A DNA stretch of 63,150 bases, filler included, from Bigelowiella natans CCMP2755 (lineage: Eukaryota > Protista > Cercozoa): the NCBI GenBank assembly GCA_000320545.1. It is 6 parts of 6 records of this genome, joined end to end, with 100 filler letters (N's around TTAATTAATTAA, not from the genome) between each part and the next. Parts side by side here need not be neighbours in the genome. Positions count along the whole stretch, not along the records: positions 35,884 to 55,829 come from ADNK01003481.1; 5 more parts are not named here. The stretch is one strand, 5' to 3'. The notes beneath the pieces were generated by a model. That model was not told the origin of the DNA. It made no database searches and saw only the letters and a list, made by a program, of their open reading frames with translations. Of the stretch, positions 36,176-49,594 are shown one piece after another (within the stretch, counting starts at the first letter, position 1; every line of letters begins with the position of its first letter). The position numbers and the translations under genes were made by a program.

Positions 36176-36971
36176 GATGATCACGAAAAGCTGATGATGA
36201 ATACGACATGGGATGATGATGACGTAGAAGACTATGAGCAGTTATTACGAGGTTAATTTAGAAATCATATGATTTAAGGAAGGATTGTGGTGGTTATGCA
36301 TCATTAAAGTACACCATCTTAATCGAATGCGAAATATTGATCTCATCCCTTGAGACATCTTAATAATAATAATAATAATAATAATTATAATAATGATAGG
36401 GATTCAAAATGGAAATGCAGCCTGGCCATGTTACTGCCCTTGTAGGAGCTTCTGGATCAGGAAAATCTACAATCGCATCACTCTTAATGCGGTAATATCA
36501 CCGTGAGAGATGATTATGATGATGATGATGACGTGAGTCAATACCACTATTAATATTATTATTATTATTCACTGAAATGGGAATCATTTTACATTGATTC
36601 TTCTGTCTTTATTACTTGACGTTTTATGTAGATTTTACGACCCAAATAAGGGCCAAGTGCTAGTAGACGAAGTAGACATAAGAACATACGAGTTGGAGTC
36701 CTATCATGATAACGTAATAAGAGATTTTGTCATCACTAGAATTATTATCACTGATGATGATGATGACGACGATAGTAGTGAATGTACGTACTAATGCTAT
36801 GCTGGTGCTTGCTTGCTTCTTCTTCTTCAAGGTAATGGCCGTTTTACAGAATCCTCAGTTGTTTGACGTATCGATGAAAGAAAATATTACCTACGGTGTA
36901 AGGAGAACTGTGACGCAAGAAGAGGTACTAGTTGTTAGTAGTGTACGTACTCACCCAGCAGCCACTACTGA

Positions 36972-37006
<35 letters not shown>

Positions 37007-37087
37007 AATAGCTAAGTAGCTGCATTACCATTACTGACGACCACACACACGCACACAAAGTATACACACACACGCAAACATGCAATA

Positions 37088-37133
<46 letters not shown>

Positions 37134-37710
37134 TCGAATCGGCAGCAAAGCGTGCAAGGATTCACTCATTTATATCCGAACTACCTGACGGATATGATAC
37201 AAGAGCAGGAGAAGCAGGCACAAGATTATCAGGAGGCCAACGACAACGCATTGCAATTGCAAGAGCATTCATCGCTAAGCCACGGGTACTTATTTCATAT
37301 CGTGATAAATATTTTTAGTGATAGTAGTGCTAATCATTAGAATCATCATCGTGGTAGTGTAGTCATCATTGACGTCTGTCATCGCAGCGAAGTGAGGATG
37401 ATCCCCACTCATCTACTACCTCATATCATCTTCCTACTACAAATACTACTACGTATCACTGTTCTAATTCTCTAGCAAGCCATGCAATTTGTTTACATTG
37501 CAATGATGATATGTGTCAAGAAAACCATATAGTAAATACAGTCATCCTGATAAATGCCGTTACTACTACTACTACTACTGCACTACAGATCTTGATTCTA
37601 GATGAGGCAACCTCAAGTCTGGATGCCAAGAATGAAGCATTGGTCCATGGTGCGATGAGTGAGGTATTTCATTGAAGAAGAAAAAGAAGAAGAAAAAGAA
37701 GAAGAAGAAG

Positions 37711-37743
<33 letters not shown>

Positions 37744-38104
37744 GGTAGTGTTTAACGGCAGCAGAGGCTAAAAAGTAACAAGATATTCATTGAACAATCA
37801 TCATCATCAAGTACATCGTCCAGTCATCGTGTCAGCCTCATGTAACATGCTTATATGCATGTATATAAATGAATATATTTATAAGAGTAGTATGTGCACG
37901 CCTAAATAGGTACTGAGTGAGGTGAAATCTAGTGTGCTTGTCATCGCACACCGATTGTCCACGATCCGAAGTGCGGACGAGATAATATGTCTAGACTCTG
38001 GAAAGGTCATAGAACGAGGAACCCATCATCAACTTCTAAAGAAGGAGAATGGTTATTATTCTGCCTTGTTGAAAAAGCAACTTCCAAGCATCAATTCGTG
38101 GTGA
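35984..38104 (+). CDS. ABC transporter subfamily B, C-terminal nucleotide-binding domain (5' part lost in gap)
   Basis: [14 protein letters not shown]; Walker [10 protein letters not shown]; signature [14 protein letters not shown]; Walker [13 protein letters not shown]; H-loop IAHRLSTI. Confidence 0.95.
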
Positions 38105-39156
38105 CAAAAATCCGCCTTTGAGCATGCTAGCATGTAATTCACCAAGTAGTAGATGGACCTTTAAGTCTGCATGTGTGTAATGGCAATGCGCATGTGTTGC
38201 AATGTCCTTTATCTGTTCTTCTTTCACGCACATCTGTTCTTTCGTAACTACACGTACATGCACCAAATGAACATGGTGTTATTTTATGCCACACATGTGC
38301 TGAGGCGCTACAGATGCATGTGTGAATGTGCATATGTTCCACACGCGTGCACACAGATGTGGACCTTTCAGTTCATGCAATAATGGTGCAGCATGCAGCA
38401 ACAGCAATCTGATGAGATGCTTGTTCGCTTTTGAGCTCAATGCATTGATACACGATGTGATCGAACACCAAAAGTCATCGAGTTGCGCATGTGTGCTGTG
38501 CAACTAGAGAACGTTGTGTTGACTGCGTGTTGGATGAGAACAGTTTTGTGCCATTTTCAACGATGCTCTGGCTAGCTGGCTTGAGAATTCTGCGATGGCA
38601 ATGACGCGATGCTCTCTAGCTCTACTGGGGATGATTTTTTTGCCATGTCATTTTGACAAAGATCATTTTGATGAAAGACGTGTGCTGCGATGTCCCTGTG
38701 ATTTTTGCCATGTCATTCTAGCAATTTGGTTCAGCAGTGCTAGAGTGGGGCCACAACAGGTGATGTTTTGGGTTGTGAATTTTGCGGCATTTTCCCTATC
38801 CTGCTGATTGCAGTGGGGAATCAAAAACAGGGGTCAGGTTGCAACCCAGCAGCAAGGCTAGAAGGTGTGCGCTTTTTGATTTGCTTGTGATATGAGCTAG
38901 CTGTCAGCGTGCGTGTCCCTCGATGCCATTTTCATTGTGCTCTAGATGTGCAGTTGTCCATTCGCTACACAGCTTGCCATGTGAGAGATGCTGTCGACGT
39001 ACAGCAACGACACCATGACGTGTGTTGTAATGTGGCATTCAATACCACGAGCTTGCGCAGCGCAAATGATTGAAAATGGCCCTCTTTTGTGCACATTCTT
39101 GCTTGACAAAGGGCTGTATTGTCAAACTTGTTGTTCACGAGGAGCATGCATCATTC

Positions 39157-39748
39157 TCACTCTCCCTCCGCCCGTCGAAGTTCGCGGCCAAAATCCATCA
39201 TCAACTTTGCCTGGATTTTTTTCCAAAACGAAGTCACTTTGTGCTGAAGATTTCGAAGTTTCACTCGTTGTGAATGAGGCATGTTCTTCCTGTCAACTGT
39301 GCCGCCATTGGGCATTGGCCAATGTGAAGTGATGAGATTTGGAAGATCGCTCCATTTTTCCAGCCACACAACCCCTGACTCAGGGGTGTCCAAATGACGA
39401 AGAGCCTCAGCAACCTTTGCATGTGAGACAAACAGCAAGAACAAGAGGAAGAAGAAATATGGTCTCAACGTGATCCATCTACCCATTCTCTTCCTCATCA
39501 TTGCATTCGTCACTCTCATTCGCAAGGAACAGCCTTCTCCGCGTTCATGTGCAACTCACAGCACCTCAGTGTGTTTTTTTCTGTTAGCGTTGTGTTCTCT
39601 CTCCTCCTCCTTCAAATCGGAGTTTTAGCACGATGCAAACGCAACGATGCTAGCGTGTTGACCACAGGGATAGATCGCAAACAGCATTCATCATCATCTA
39701 ATGATTCTTGTAAGAATAACTCATTCTGACTTCTATGAGCACCACCCC

Positions 39749-39782
<34 letters not shown>

Positions 39783-40402
39783 GTCATTACCTTCTCTGTT
39801 CTGATTACTACTGGGATGCTGCCAGCTTCCATGGCCTCATACATGCGGAAGGTATCCGGATTATTACCAGTAGGACATAGGGTAAACGTTGAATCTGTGG
39901 TTCATCATCATCAAATCATCATCGATACGACGCCGATATCAATTGGTCAACCAAACAACAACGGAATGCTTCTCATAGTAGGAGAGAGAAATGGAATCAA
40001 ACAACATTAGCGCATCAACATCCATTTCAGTATTCAATTATATATTTATAAGTAACAGATAACAAGACATCAATCCTCTCTTATACTCCAGGAATGCTAG
40101 TGTGCCTTGTGGCTCATGTTGAGTAGTAGTTTTGTGTGTCGTTCTTTGTTCACGATGTGAATGTGAGTCAAGGAATGTTATTCTTATATGCACACTACGA
40201 AACAAACGATGGCATTATTATGCGACAATACCTACTTTATTTAGTAGTGGTAGTATGTAGTAGTAGGTAGACATTGGAGTACCTAGGAGGGTTGATCGAT
40301 AGTCCTCTGGAGTCCATGAAGCAGCAGCACCACCACCACCAGCACTGTGCTTGTTGTCATACCACTTAGCCCAATGAGTCTCTCGAACAAGAAACTCCAA
40401 AC

Positions 40403-40439
<37 letters not shown>

Positions 40440-41010
40440 GTGTGTGTGTGTGCGTGTAGGCGGACATACATCCTTATCATCCTCTTCTTCTTCTTCTTCT
40501 TCTTCTTCTTCTTCTTCTTCAAGGGGGGCTATGAACAATAGTAGCCATAGTAGCAAATGGTGCAACAATGCGTGCTTCATTGGTAGCGCTACTAAAGATA
40601 ATATAACATAGTAGAGAGCAGTAGCAGCAGCAGTAGTAGTAGTAGTAGTAGTAGGTAGTACATACACATTATTTTACCTGGAGAAAGGGAGGAATGGAAC
40701 TCGTACCAACCTCAGATGCACTTTTGTTGTTGTTGTTGTTGTCTGCACTCTTCGTGTCCAGCAGGATATTGAAAAGGCGGTGACGTTCTGGGGAATGGTT
40801 TGATGCTACAAGCGAGAGAGCGTATTTGCGCTCATCTATGTGATTTTGGAATCGCTCGTAATCCTACATAGAGAGTGGTAGTTGTCATCATGATGCATGA
40901 TCCTTTGATAATACAACGGCAACCAACACCATACCAACGCCACCACTATACACCTTTTCACGATGATTTCTTACTCTAAAACAAAGCTTCTTCTTCTTCT
41001 TCTTCTTCTT

Positions 41011-41050
<40 letters not shown>

Positions 41051-41499
41051 GCAGTACCGATATTGCATTGACGTATTGGCCATATCCAAGAGGAAGGTAG
41101 TATATGTGTTGTTGTTGTTGATGTTGTTGGTCAAGTGCTAAATCTTTCCTGCGGTATTGACGAAATACGAATGGTACGTCCTTGTACCACGTAAGAGCGT
41201 GATCGGCTTTCTCATCTCCAAGATCCAAAGCACCGAGGATACGTTTGCCTTCATTTGCAGCCTTGCGAAGGTATTTGGTGCTGTCCTTTATACAGTGGAA
41301 CATAACGATGGAGTTGTTAAACACCTCCATAGAAGAAAAATTCATGGCCTTGAAGGACATCGGACGAGCGACGTCTGAGTAAAAGGAATAGTAGCAGTAG
41401 TATCACAGTAGTTGTCAGTGCAGTGCAAGCAATGGATTTAGTTGATGATGGATCCCTCCTCCCTATAGAGCTATTATTTAGAGCTATTATTATTATTAC

Positions 41500-41530
<31 letters not shown>

Positions 41531-41812
41531 GTCCGTTATTGCTAACTACTATTACGAATGACGATGGGAAAACAGTTTAGTCATTATCATCTTCATTATG
41601 ATGATCGTTATCACACAGCAACAAGAGCTGCTCCTATTCTATTCCTACCCTACTACTACTACTCTACCTCTAAACAGGGTGTTCACAAAGAAAGCCATTT
41701 CTAAGAACTGAGGGGGCTTCGGAATGAACTTGCCAAGGAATACAACCGTTAGAGGAGAAGAGGAAGAAGAAGAAGAAGAAGAAGAAGAACTTGGAAGAGG
41801 TTGAAGAGGAGC

Positions 41813-41856
<44 letters not shown>

Positions 41857-43127
41857 CACGAAGACTAGGAGAATTATGGAGGAAACCATTGCCATATGCA
41901 GCAGCTACTTGAGAAGAGGAAGAAGAGGCTTGAGAGGATTGCCGTCGGAGAAGAGATGTAGTAGCCGAAGAAGACGTATCGTTGCTCAAGGATGATCTTG
42001 AAGTAGAAAAGGAAGAAGAAGAAGAAGAAGAAGAAGAAGAAGAAGCAGTACTGGGGCTAATACTTGTACTTACAGTACTGCTAATACTAGCTGGGACTGC
42101 CAATTGCTTGCATATCTCCAAATCGAAGGCCCCACTCCATAGACCGGCCATCTTTTCCGACAACCAAACAACACAAACAACAACAATTAAATCGAAAAAT
42201 TAGAACTGGAATACATGCAATCTTCATTGTGATTTGCTTTCTTGGAAACTTGAACAACTCAAATATTGAAGGGGAAATGATGACTGGTGTCTGGTAAAAC
42301 GACAACATGTCAATCAAACGACACCAGATTAGACTACGACGACGAAGTATGAACTACAGATTACCACTACTACTACTGCTGCTGCTACTAGTTGTATTCA
42401 GATATTTGATTTGAAGCTGCAAGCAATTTGCAGCACCATGACTTCTTCCTACTACTCTTCTTCTCGTCGTTGGTCTCACCCTTAAAAGTTGAATGTGCTT
42501 GTGACTGTTGTTATCGTTATAATCATCGTTATCGGTTTCTAATAGCCCATTCGTACGAATCTGTAAAATAGTAATATGTTTATAGTAGAATGAGTGCTTT
42601 TTAACACCACATCGAAAAGCATACTAATTGCATATGATGTGCCACAATAATGACGACTATATGCTCGTTATATACTGTGGTCAAACTTGTGAAACAATAT
42701 CCCAAAACACACACGCACACGCACACACACTCATTATAAATCTGTCAAATGGCGCAATTATTCTCGCAAGAGAGGGTTAATTATTTTCCACGTGTATTAT
42801 TACTATGATAGGCGCCGTTTGAAATTGGGTGCTGCTTTTATCATTATCATCATTGTGATCATCCTCTATTACGAATCCGCTACGTTCCCGAAAGTATTGA
42901 ATACCTAGTCATTGTTGTTGTTGTTGTTGTTGAATAAGAAAATGATTATAATCTGATTGCTGTGATTGAGATGGTGGATTATCTTCCTGTGTAGGTGTGC
43001 TATGGGTGGTAGGTGATATCATGGTCTCAGGATAATGATGATGGTGATTGATGATGAAAACATAGCATCAAGCAATGGAATGGTAGCTGATAATGGTTAT
43101 GATGAGAACATAGTAGCAAGCAACTTA

Positions 43128-43160
<33 letters not shown>

Positions 43161-43980
43161 TTTCATCAGATATACTACTACAACTACAACCGTTTGGAAA
43201 GAGCACGGGATCAAGTATTCGAATATCAACATTATTTCTTTTCACTGAATCAAGCGATGGTGAACTTGATGATGACGATGATGAACTTGATGATGACGAT
43301 GATGAATTTGACTCTGTACTATTTTTTCCTCCTCCTCTTCCTCCTCCAAGTAAGACTGCTGCCGCATTTGTTCTGACCACCTAATAATGGAATTTAATAA
43401 TAAACACACTTATTAAACGACAGAACGACATAACGAAGAGACTGCAAGTGTGAACATGGAAGAAGACAATAGAAAGGATTCTCATGACAAAGATGAGGAC
43501 GATGATGATGACTATAGTGATATGCACACACTTGATGGGGAGGTGGGAATCATGTATTGATGACGAGCACCTGATTGAATGCCATTTTTAATGTCGTTGC
43601 TGATGGTGACAACATGTTCGAATATGCTGGTTCCTCTAATCCGTCGTAGCTCTGATGATTAAGTATGAGAAGAACCTCCTCCAAGAAAGCTTTTGATCCT
43701 TGAGTCGGTTTCAGATAAATAAGACCGCTGCTTAACGGCGGTAGGTGGTGAGGCGACAAAGACGATGAAATAGCAGATGATTGATGGTGGTTGCTGTTTA
43801 GATTTCCATTCCATCCCCAAATTAGATCAGCTTGAATCTGAAGATGATAATAACAATGATGATGATGATGTTGTTGTTGGCGAAGTTGATGCAGAACCAT
43901 CGCTGCACAAGCAAGTTTTTCCTTCATCGGTGATTTAGGCCTCATATATACATGCGTAGGGAAGTATTGTATAGTATTGA

Positions 43981-44037
<57 letters not shown>

Positions 44038-44078
44038 GCATATATCTATATAGGTGTAGGTATTATTACTAATCAAAG

Positions 44079-44110
<32 letters not shown>

Positions 44111-44732
44111 AACGCAAATGTAGTTGTAGAGTATAGCACACAATTCCAACTTAACATCTACTACCTGAACATCTCCTCCGTTGATGTGGTCGATATGCGG
44201 GAATGGATTTGACAGGAAAACAGAGTCAGATTCCACTGCCAAAACACTGTACCCAATGCTCACGAGGTGAAGCAAGCTTTTTACTTTAAAAGCGTTTATT
44301 TGGTGAGAGTCCTTAATAACAGCTGCATGATCAGAAGCAATAGGCGAAGTTTCTCTAGCGGTTACTTGTTCCTCCTTAAAGAAGGTAGCATGTTGCTGCT
44401 TTCCTCGATGATCTTCATAATCGCTGCCATGAGGAGGACTAATGCATCGATCGAACCCGTCCCTAAAAAATTGTTGTCGTCTCTTTGCTGTAATCTGCAC
44501 AACTCTGTAACGAATGTTTGTACCTCGTTCTCATAATATCACATCCCTCATGGTCAGAGCTTATGAAGATGTAATTGCTCATCCCTGCAGCCTACGCAAA
44601 ATTAAAGCATCATCTTGAGCTGCTCATCATTTATGATGTCGCTAATTTATGATGTATCAACTCACTTCACCTGGAGCTGCTACTCTCCAATACGACGACC
44701 ACACAACAACATCGCACTTGTCACCGTTATTG

Positions 44733-44779
<47 letters not shown>

Positions 44780-45137
44780 TAGTGCACACCTTCCTCCTAC
44801 TTAGCTGCCTAGTACTTACCTCCATAAAGCAGCCACTGTTTAGACCAAGTTCCACCTTCTTGCTATCGGTGAAGACAACAACTAGATTATGGGAAGTAGA
44901 ATTTGTGGATTCTCCACGTTCAGTACGTAGGTCTTCCCAAGTTGCACGCGAAGCTTGGGAGGATAATTTGTTCTTCATCTTTACGTCTAAGTAGCTGTCA
45001 CCATGTTCATACGTTGACGTTTCCAACTCCAGAGTCTGCGATGTGGATTTTTTTGTCGTAGAAACAACTGTAACCATTAAAATGAAAATAGTGGAAGCCA
45101 TAAGGCTGCTTGCAGCAAGCGCCCCCCTCTTTGTCAT
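39157..45137 (-). CDS. Type II membrane two-domain glycosyltransferase: GT77-like nucleotide-diphospho-sugar transferase plus RXYLT1/GT47-like domain
   Basis: N-terminal anchor; KVKSLLHLVSIGYSVLAVESDSVFLSNPF, SSGLIYLKPT, ILDPVLFPNG; then LGDE..VFRQY..YLPLGY, YRSTLL, STFTLCPTGNNPDTFRMYEAMEAGSIPVV, WLEKWSDLPNL..FWKK. Last exon 39414-39157. Confidence 0.75.
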
Positions 45138-46453
45138 CCTATTCTTCACAGTCACACGTGTGTAAGTTGCCAGCGTCCACCATTCGAATTGGAAAGTCCA
45201 ATTTGAAATAGTGAAATAAAGGCGAAAAATTAATTAAAAGACTGCTGCTATTCTCTCGAGACTCTCGGGAGATCTACCCTCTTTTTTGTCGTTTTTCCAT
45301 GCATCATCATGTCGCAAGGTTCAGATGCACACGAAATAAAAATGGTCTATGTTAAACAAAACAATTCCAGAAGAGCAGCTCAGTCTGCAAGGAGATCTGA
45401 TGAGAGAATGAGCACCATGAGCCGGCTACCTCCGAGCCATTCTTCAAACTTCACTTGACTCATACGCAATGGCGCAGAATCTTCTTGCTTCTCACTCTTG
45501 TCAAAACTAATCATCACGAACAAACCCATGTCAATCACGTCAGATGTTGCTTGACTCTGCTTGGACGCATTTCAAGCACCATCATCGAACAATCTCCACT
45601 TTGTTTCTCTTCCCTTTTTGCTTGATTCCCTGCACATGCCATTTCTGTTTGAAGACACGCTCGCATGGACTTCAACTTGTTGTCGGGCGCTCTTCTTCAT
45701 CACAGCATTGCACTTTTTTTGCGAAATTGTGACTTGTCATCAAGCTGACAAGAAAGAAAGGCAATGGTGTTTCCATTGGAGCAGGTCTCAGCAATGACAG
45801 GCAGCAGCATCATGTCGAAGTTCAATTCTGTCACGGTGCACATCTTCAAGCTGAAAAAATGTCGCTCCCCACTCGTTTACATTCATTGTCCAGGTTGTGT
45901 GCGACGCTTGTCCTCTGCTCTTGCATGCTTCTCCAGCTGCACCACTGCTGGACTAGACAGCATGCCACCAGCTTGCACACAGCTGCACAGCTGTTTTGCA
46001 GCGAGTGACACACAGAGATTCATGCAGTGCAGTTGATCCATCGCACATCACTAGAGCAGCATGATCCATGATTGATTAGCAAGCCGTGATGACGGACGCG
46101 CAGTGCTAGCTGGAGTGTCAAGCAGTGCTAGAGTGGCCATGCATGCTAGCATGGCGCAGCAATGTAGCAACACAAACATCAATCATGGTCAATTAGTGTC
46201 AGGTGATTGTTCAGCTGCTAATGTCCTGTTTGCTGCTACTCTAGCTCCAGAGCTTCATGTGCATGCACAATGTGCTGGTGTGCACACATGCGCGCCTTGT
46301 TCATCTGCGACGACCGACGAGCATCGCATGCATGATCGAATGCCCGCTAGTCCGCTAGTCCGTCTTCGGGCGGTTCATTTAATTTTAGTAGTGTTGAACA
46401 CCATACAATCAAGCAGCGATTGTTCATTTGTTCAATGTGTTGCTCACGAGTAG

Positions 46454-48071
46454 CTACTGCTTCAATGAATCCCCTTTTGCAACTTCCCCAAAGGCCTTTG
46501 GAGGCCAGTATTTCCAACTTGCTCTTCCCTGAAAGGTATATTGCATTTCATTACGTTTCAATGCTTGTGAAAGTGAATATTTGATGTTGCGCACCAAAAT
46601 GTTCTCGACAGGGAGAGGCCCCCATATGTGTGAGTCATAAGAGTTATCCCTATTATCTCCCATCACAAATACGTATCCTTTAGGGACGGTAACTCTCTCC
46701 AATTCGTAGGATGCGATTTTTCCATCCTGATAGACAACTCCTCAATACTGAAAGCTCAATCGAAGATAGAATATAATTAATATCATGCAATCTCATGGAG
46801 TGATGTACCTTGATATAAGGTTCATCACGCTTTATTCCATTAATAATGAGCTTTCCTTTCTTTACCTGTGCGTTAAGAGTATGGCATGAATCGCATTAGA
46901 TGATACAGAGGCAAGTAATGAGAGCTATACATGAGCTGAAACTACGCAACACAATTAGAAATTTTTTTTAAAAAGCAAAATCTAGAATAAATCTATGGGA
47001 AAAGCGATGTGCTCAGTTACCTCAACAGTGTCACCCCCTGTTGCAACTATGCGCTTGATAAATACGTTATCGCTGAATGGATTGAGATATGATTTTTTTA
47101 CCACCCCCTCACTTGGGGTGAAGATGATAACATCGCCGCGGCTGGGAGGCCTTTGGAAGCGGTAGGTGACTTTCTCAGCAATCTTTAAAATATCATTCGG
47201 CACAACAACAAAAACAATGACGACGACGATGACAACAGCAATGATGACCATATAATAATATAGCTACTAGCGTGGTGTGAAATTGAGGAGCATCCAAAAG
47301 CTGTACCAGTCTATCTCCGATGTCGAACGATGGATACATTGACAAAGACGGTATATATCTGTACATTACATCACAATTAGTCACAATTATATCATCATCC
47401 GATTCTTTGGAATTCACCGCGGCTCAGCTATGACAAGACGAATGAGCGTTGACAATCCAAGGGCCCTTCATAAAATTTTCTCTGTTATCGATCAATACGG
47501 ATGAAAATGCGTATAATTCCCTACCAGATGATAGTCTCCACGTCGTAGAAAGATAAGTATTCACCTGCAAAAGTAATGTATAGTAAGACAACAACTTTTC
47601 AGATATTACCAAATTATTTCAACCCCATGGTAAGGATCTCCACCACTTTGGTCCATAGTCCTCTACTGGGATCCCTGAACATTTAAACATGCGTGTCAAA
47701 TTCCTATTCTGTCTTTTTAACAAAATCGCACCTTTTTCTTGATCTTTCAAGGACATGGGATTCGTTGCAGATTTCTCATCATCATTATCGTCCCCTGAGC
47801 TTGTCATATTTTGTAAGGATTGTCCTCCATCACCCATTCCGTCGTTTCCAACATGGACCAACAATGGACTTTTTCTTCTGGCATTAGGTCGACGTATTCT
47901 TGAAAGTACTTGAGAAGTACTTTTTGTAAATAACGATGCCTTTGGTATACTTAACGCCTTCCCACTGGATCCTAAAGCTTGCTGTAAGGGGATCGAACTT
48001 TGATGATACGCATAGGTGCATGAACGAGCATTGGCCTCGATTGTAAGAACGGCTAGGAGTGGGAGCAACAT
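46454..48071 (-). CDS. Signal peptidase I, thylakoidal processing peptidase (Plsp1/TPP-like), with bipartite plastid leader
   Basis: EPR|YIPSLSMYP (catalytic Ser), FIKRIVA (Lys), [17 protein letters not shown]; N-terminus [15 protein letters not shown] followed by an S/R/K-rich transit-like segment. Alternative ATG at 48095. Confidence 0.92.
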
Positions 48072-48695
48072 TCTTTTTCTTCTGAATGTAAACATTAATC
48101 ATCATTAAATCGTGAAATTTAAACCCAAAGTTGTACGAGAACAATACACGTGTAAAACCTTAGTATGTGCAAAACCCTAGCAATGCACAATAGCCAGGGT
48201 ATGCACGTGTATGAACGGAATCCAGAACAAGCCGCCGGAGCCCAAAGTATCCAAATTGACGCTCCTGCCATTTATTGAATGTCGCAAGTGAAAAATCCTA
48301 TTTTTTCCCAAAATTCTAAAAAGAGAAAAGAAATGTTTAGATCTTGGAAAACATAGCTACTCAGGCTTGGACCAAAGTGAGAAAAAGGACTACATAGAAT
48401 ATTGGGGGATCCTATTTATACCTACGACAAAGTAGAACTTCGTGTTAGCTAGTCGATAGCCATGTATCATTGTTGTTTTTTTAGCAATATTAATCACATT
48501 CCATCTGAATAGAGATAGTCGTCACTTGAAGAAGAAAACTCAACTAGGAGGACGACCCTACCTTTGAAGGATTTTGTGAAACTGGGGTGCACTATTGGTG
48601 CGAAATTGTGTTGGACAGGAGAGAGAACCGTGCTTAAGTAGTACGGACAGTATCCGTGTGTACTTACATTGGAAGGAGTGCACAGTAAGAGCAGA

Positions 48696-49214
48696 ATGTC
48701 TAACCGACGTTCTGAAAAAAAGTCCCGGCGCTCTCGTGCAAGATTTTCCCCAAAGGATAAGGAGAGGAACAACCGTAGAAAGGATCAAGTTTACAGCAGA
48801 AAATTAAAAGTAATACCAACATCAAAAATAGTGGAGAAACTGTATGAAGGAAATGCAGTGGAACCAGCTCCTTCCATCCCCTTGCCAACTCGACGCAGAC
48901 GAAAGGAGTCATCGAAGAGAGAAAGTGAAGAAGAAAAGAAAAATAGTTTTGCCTGGCAGCCGACCGACTTTTCGGAGAAGTCAAAAGATGATCCAGAGTG
49001 GGAAAATTTGAGTTACTTTATGGAAGGACAACCCCGTGGGGAAGAGCATGAATTTGATTCCTTGTTTACCCCAGAAGAAAGCGATGAATGTGTGTACGAT
49101 CATTATTATGAGAGTTCGGCGTATGCACCTGAAAGGAAAAAAAACAATAGAATGTGCACTTCATGCCATGAAGACGCAAGGATGTGCAAAATGGAACGCT
49201 GCACAATTTCGTGA
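48696..49214 (+). CDS. Intronless hypothetical protein ending in CaaX-like CTIS
   Basis: 172-aa ORF: basic N-terminus, acidic middle, CxxC..C..CTIS*. Confidence 0.55.
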   Translation: MSNRRSEKKSRRSRARFSPKDKERNNRRKDQVYSRKLKVIPTSKIVEKLYEGNAVEPAPSIPLPTRRRRKESSKRESEEEKKNSFAWQPTDFSEKSKDDPEWENLSYFMEGQPRGEEHEFDSLFTPEESDECVYDHYYESSAYAPERKKNNRMCTSCHEDARMCKMERCTIS

Positions 49215-49594
49215 AACTGAGAAGCTGGATTTGACCTGAAATCATCCAGCACGAATACGGTTTTTCATAGATCTATACAAGGTGAAAATGGAATGCGAGG
49301 AACTCTTTTTCTTATCTGTGCCGAAGTTAAAGCTACACTTCCAAAAAATAAGGGAGAAAAATAGAAGAAGCAGAAGGGATGTACGACTGTTTCGTCCTCA
49401 AGGCATGTGCTGATTCCCAATCCAAAAAAAATTAGCTCTCAGGAAAGGTTTAACCAAATAAGCTTACAATTAATAATGTACAGTGTTGGGTAAGCATACT
49501 CTAGATCTCGGGGGTAATTTGTACAAGCTAAATTACATGTTATGAGATGTATTTCGATTCATTAAATTTGTATTCTTCCAATAGTCATCCTGAT

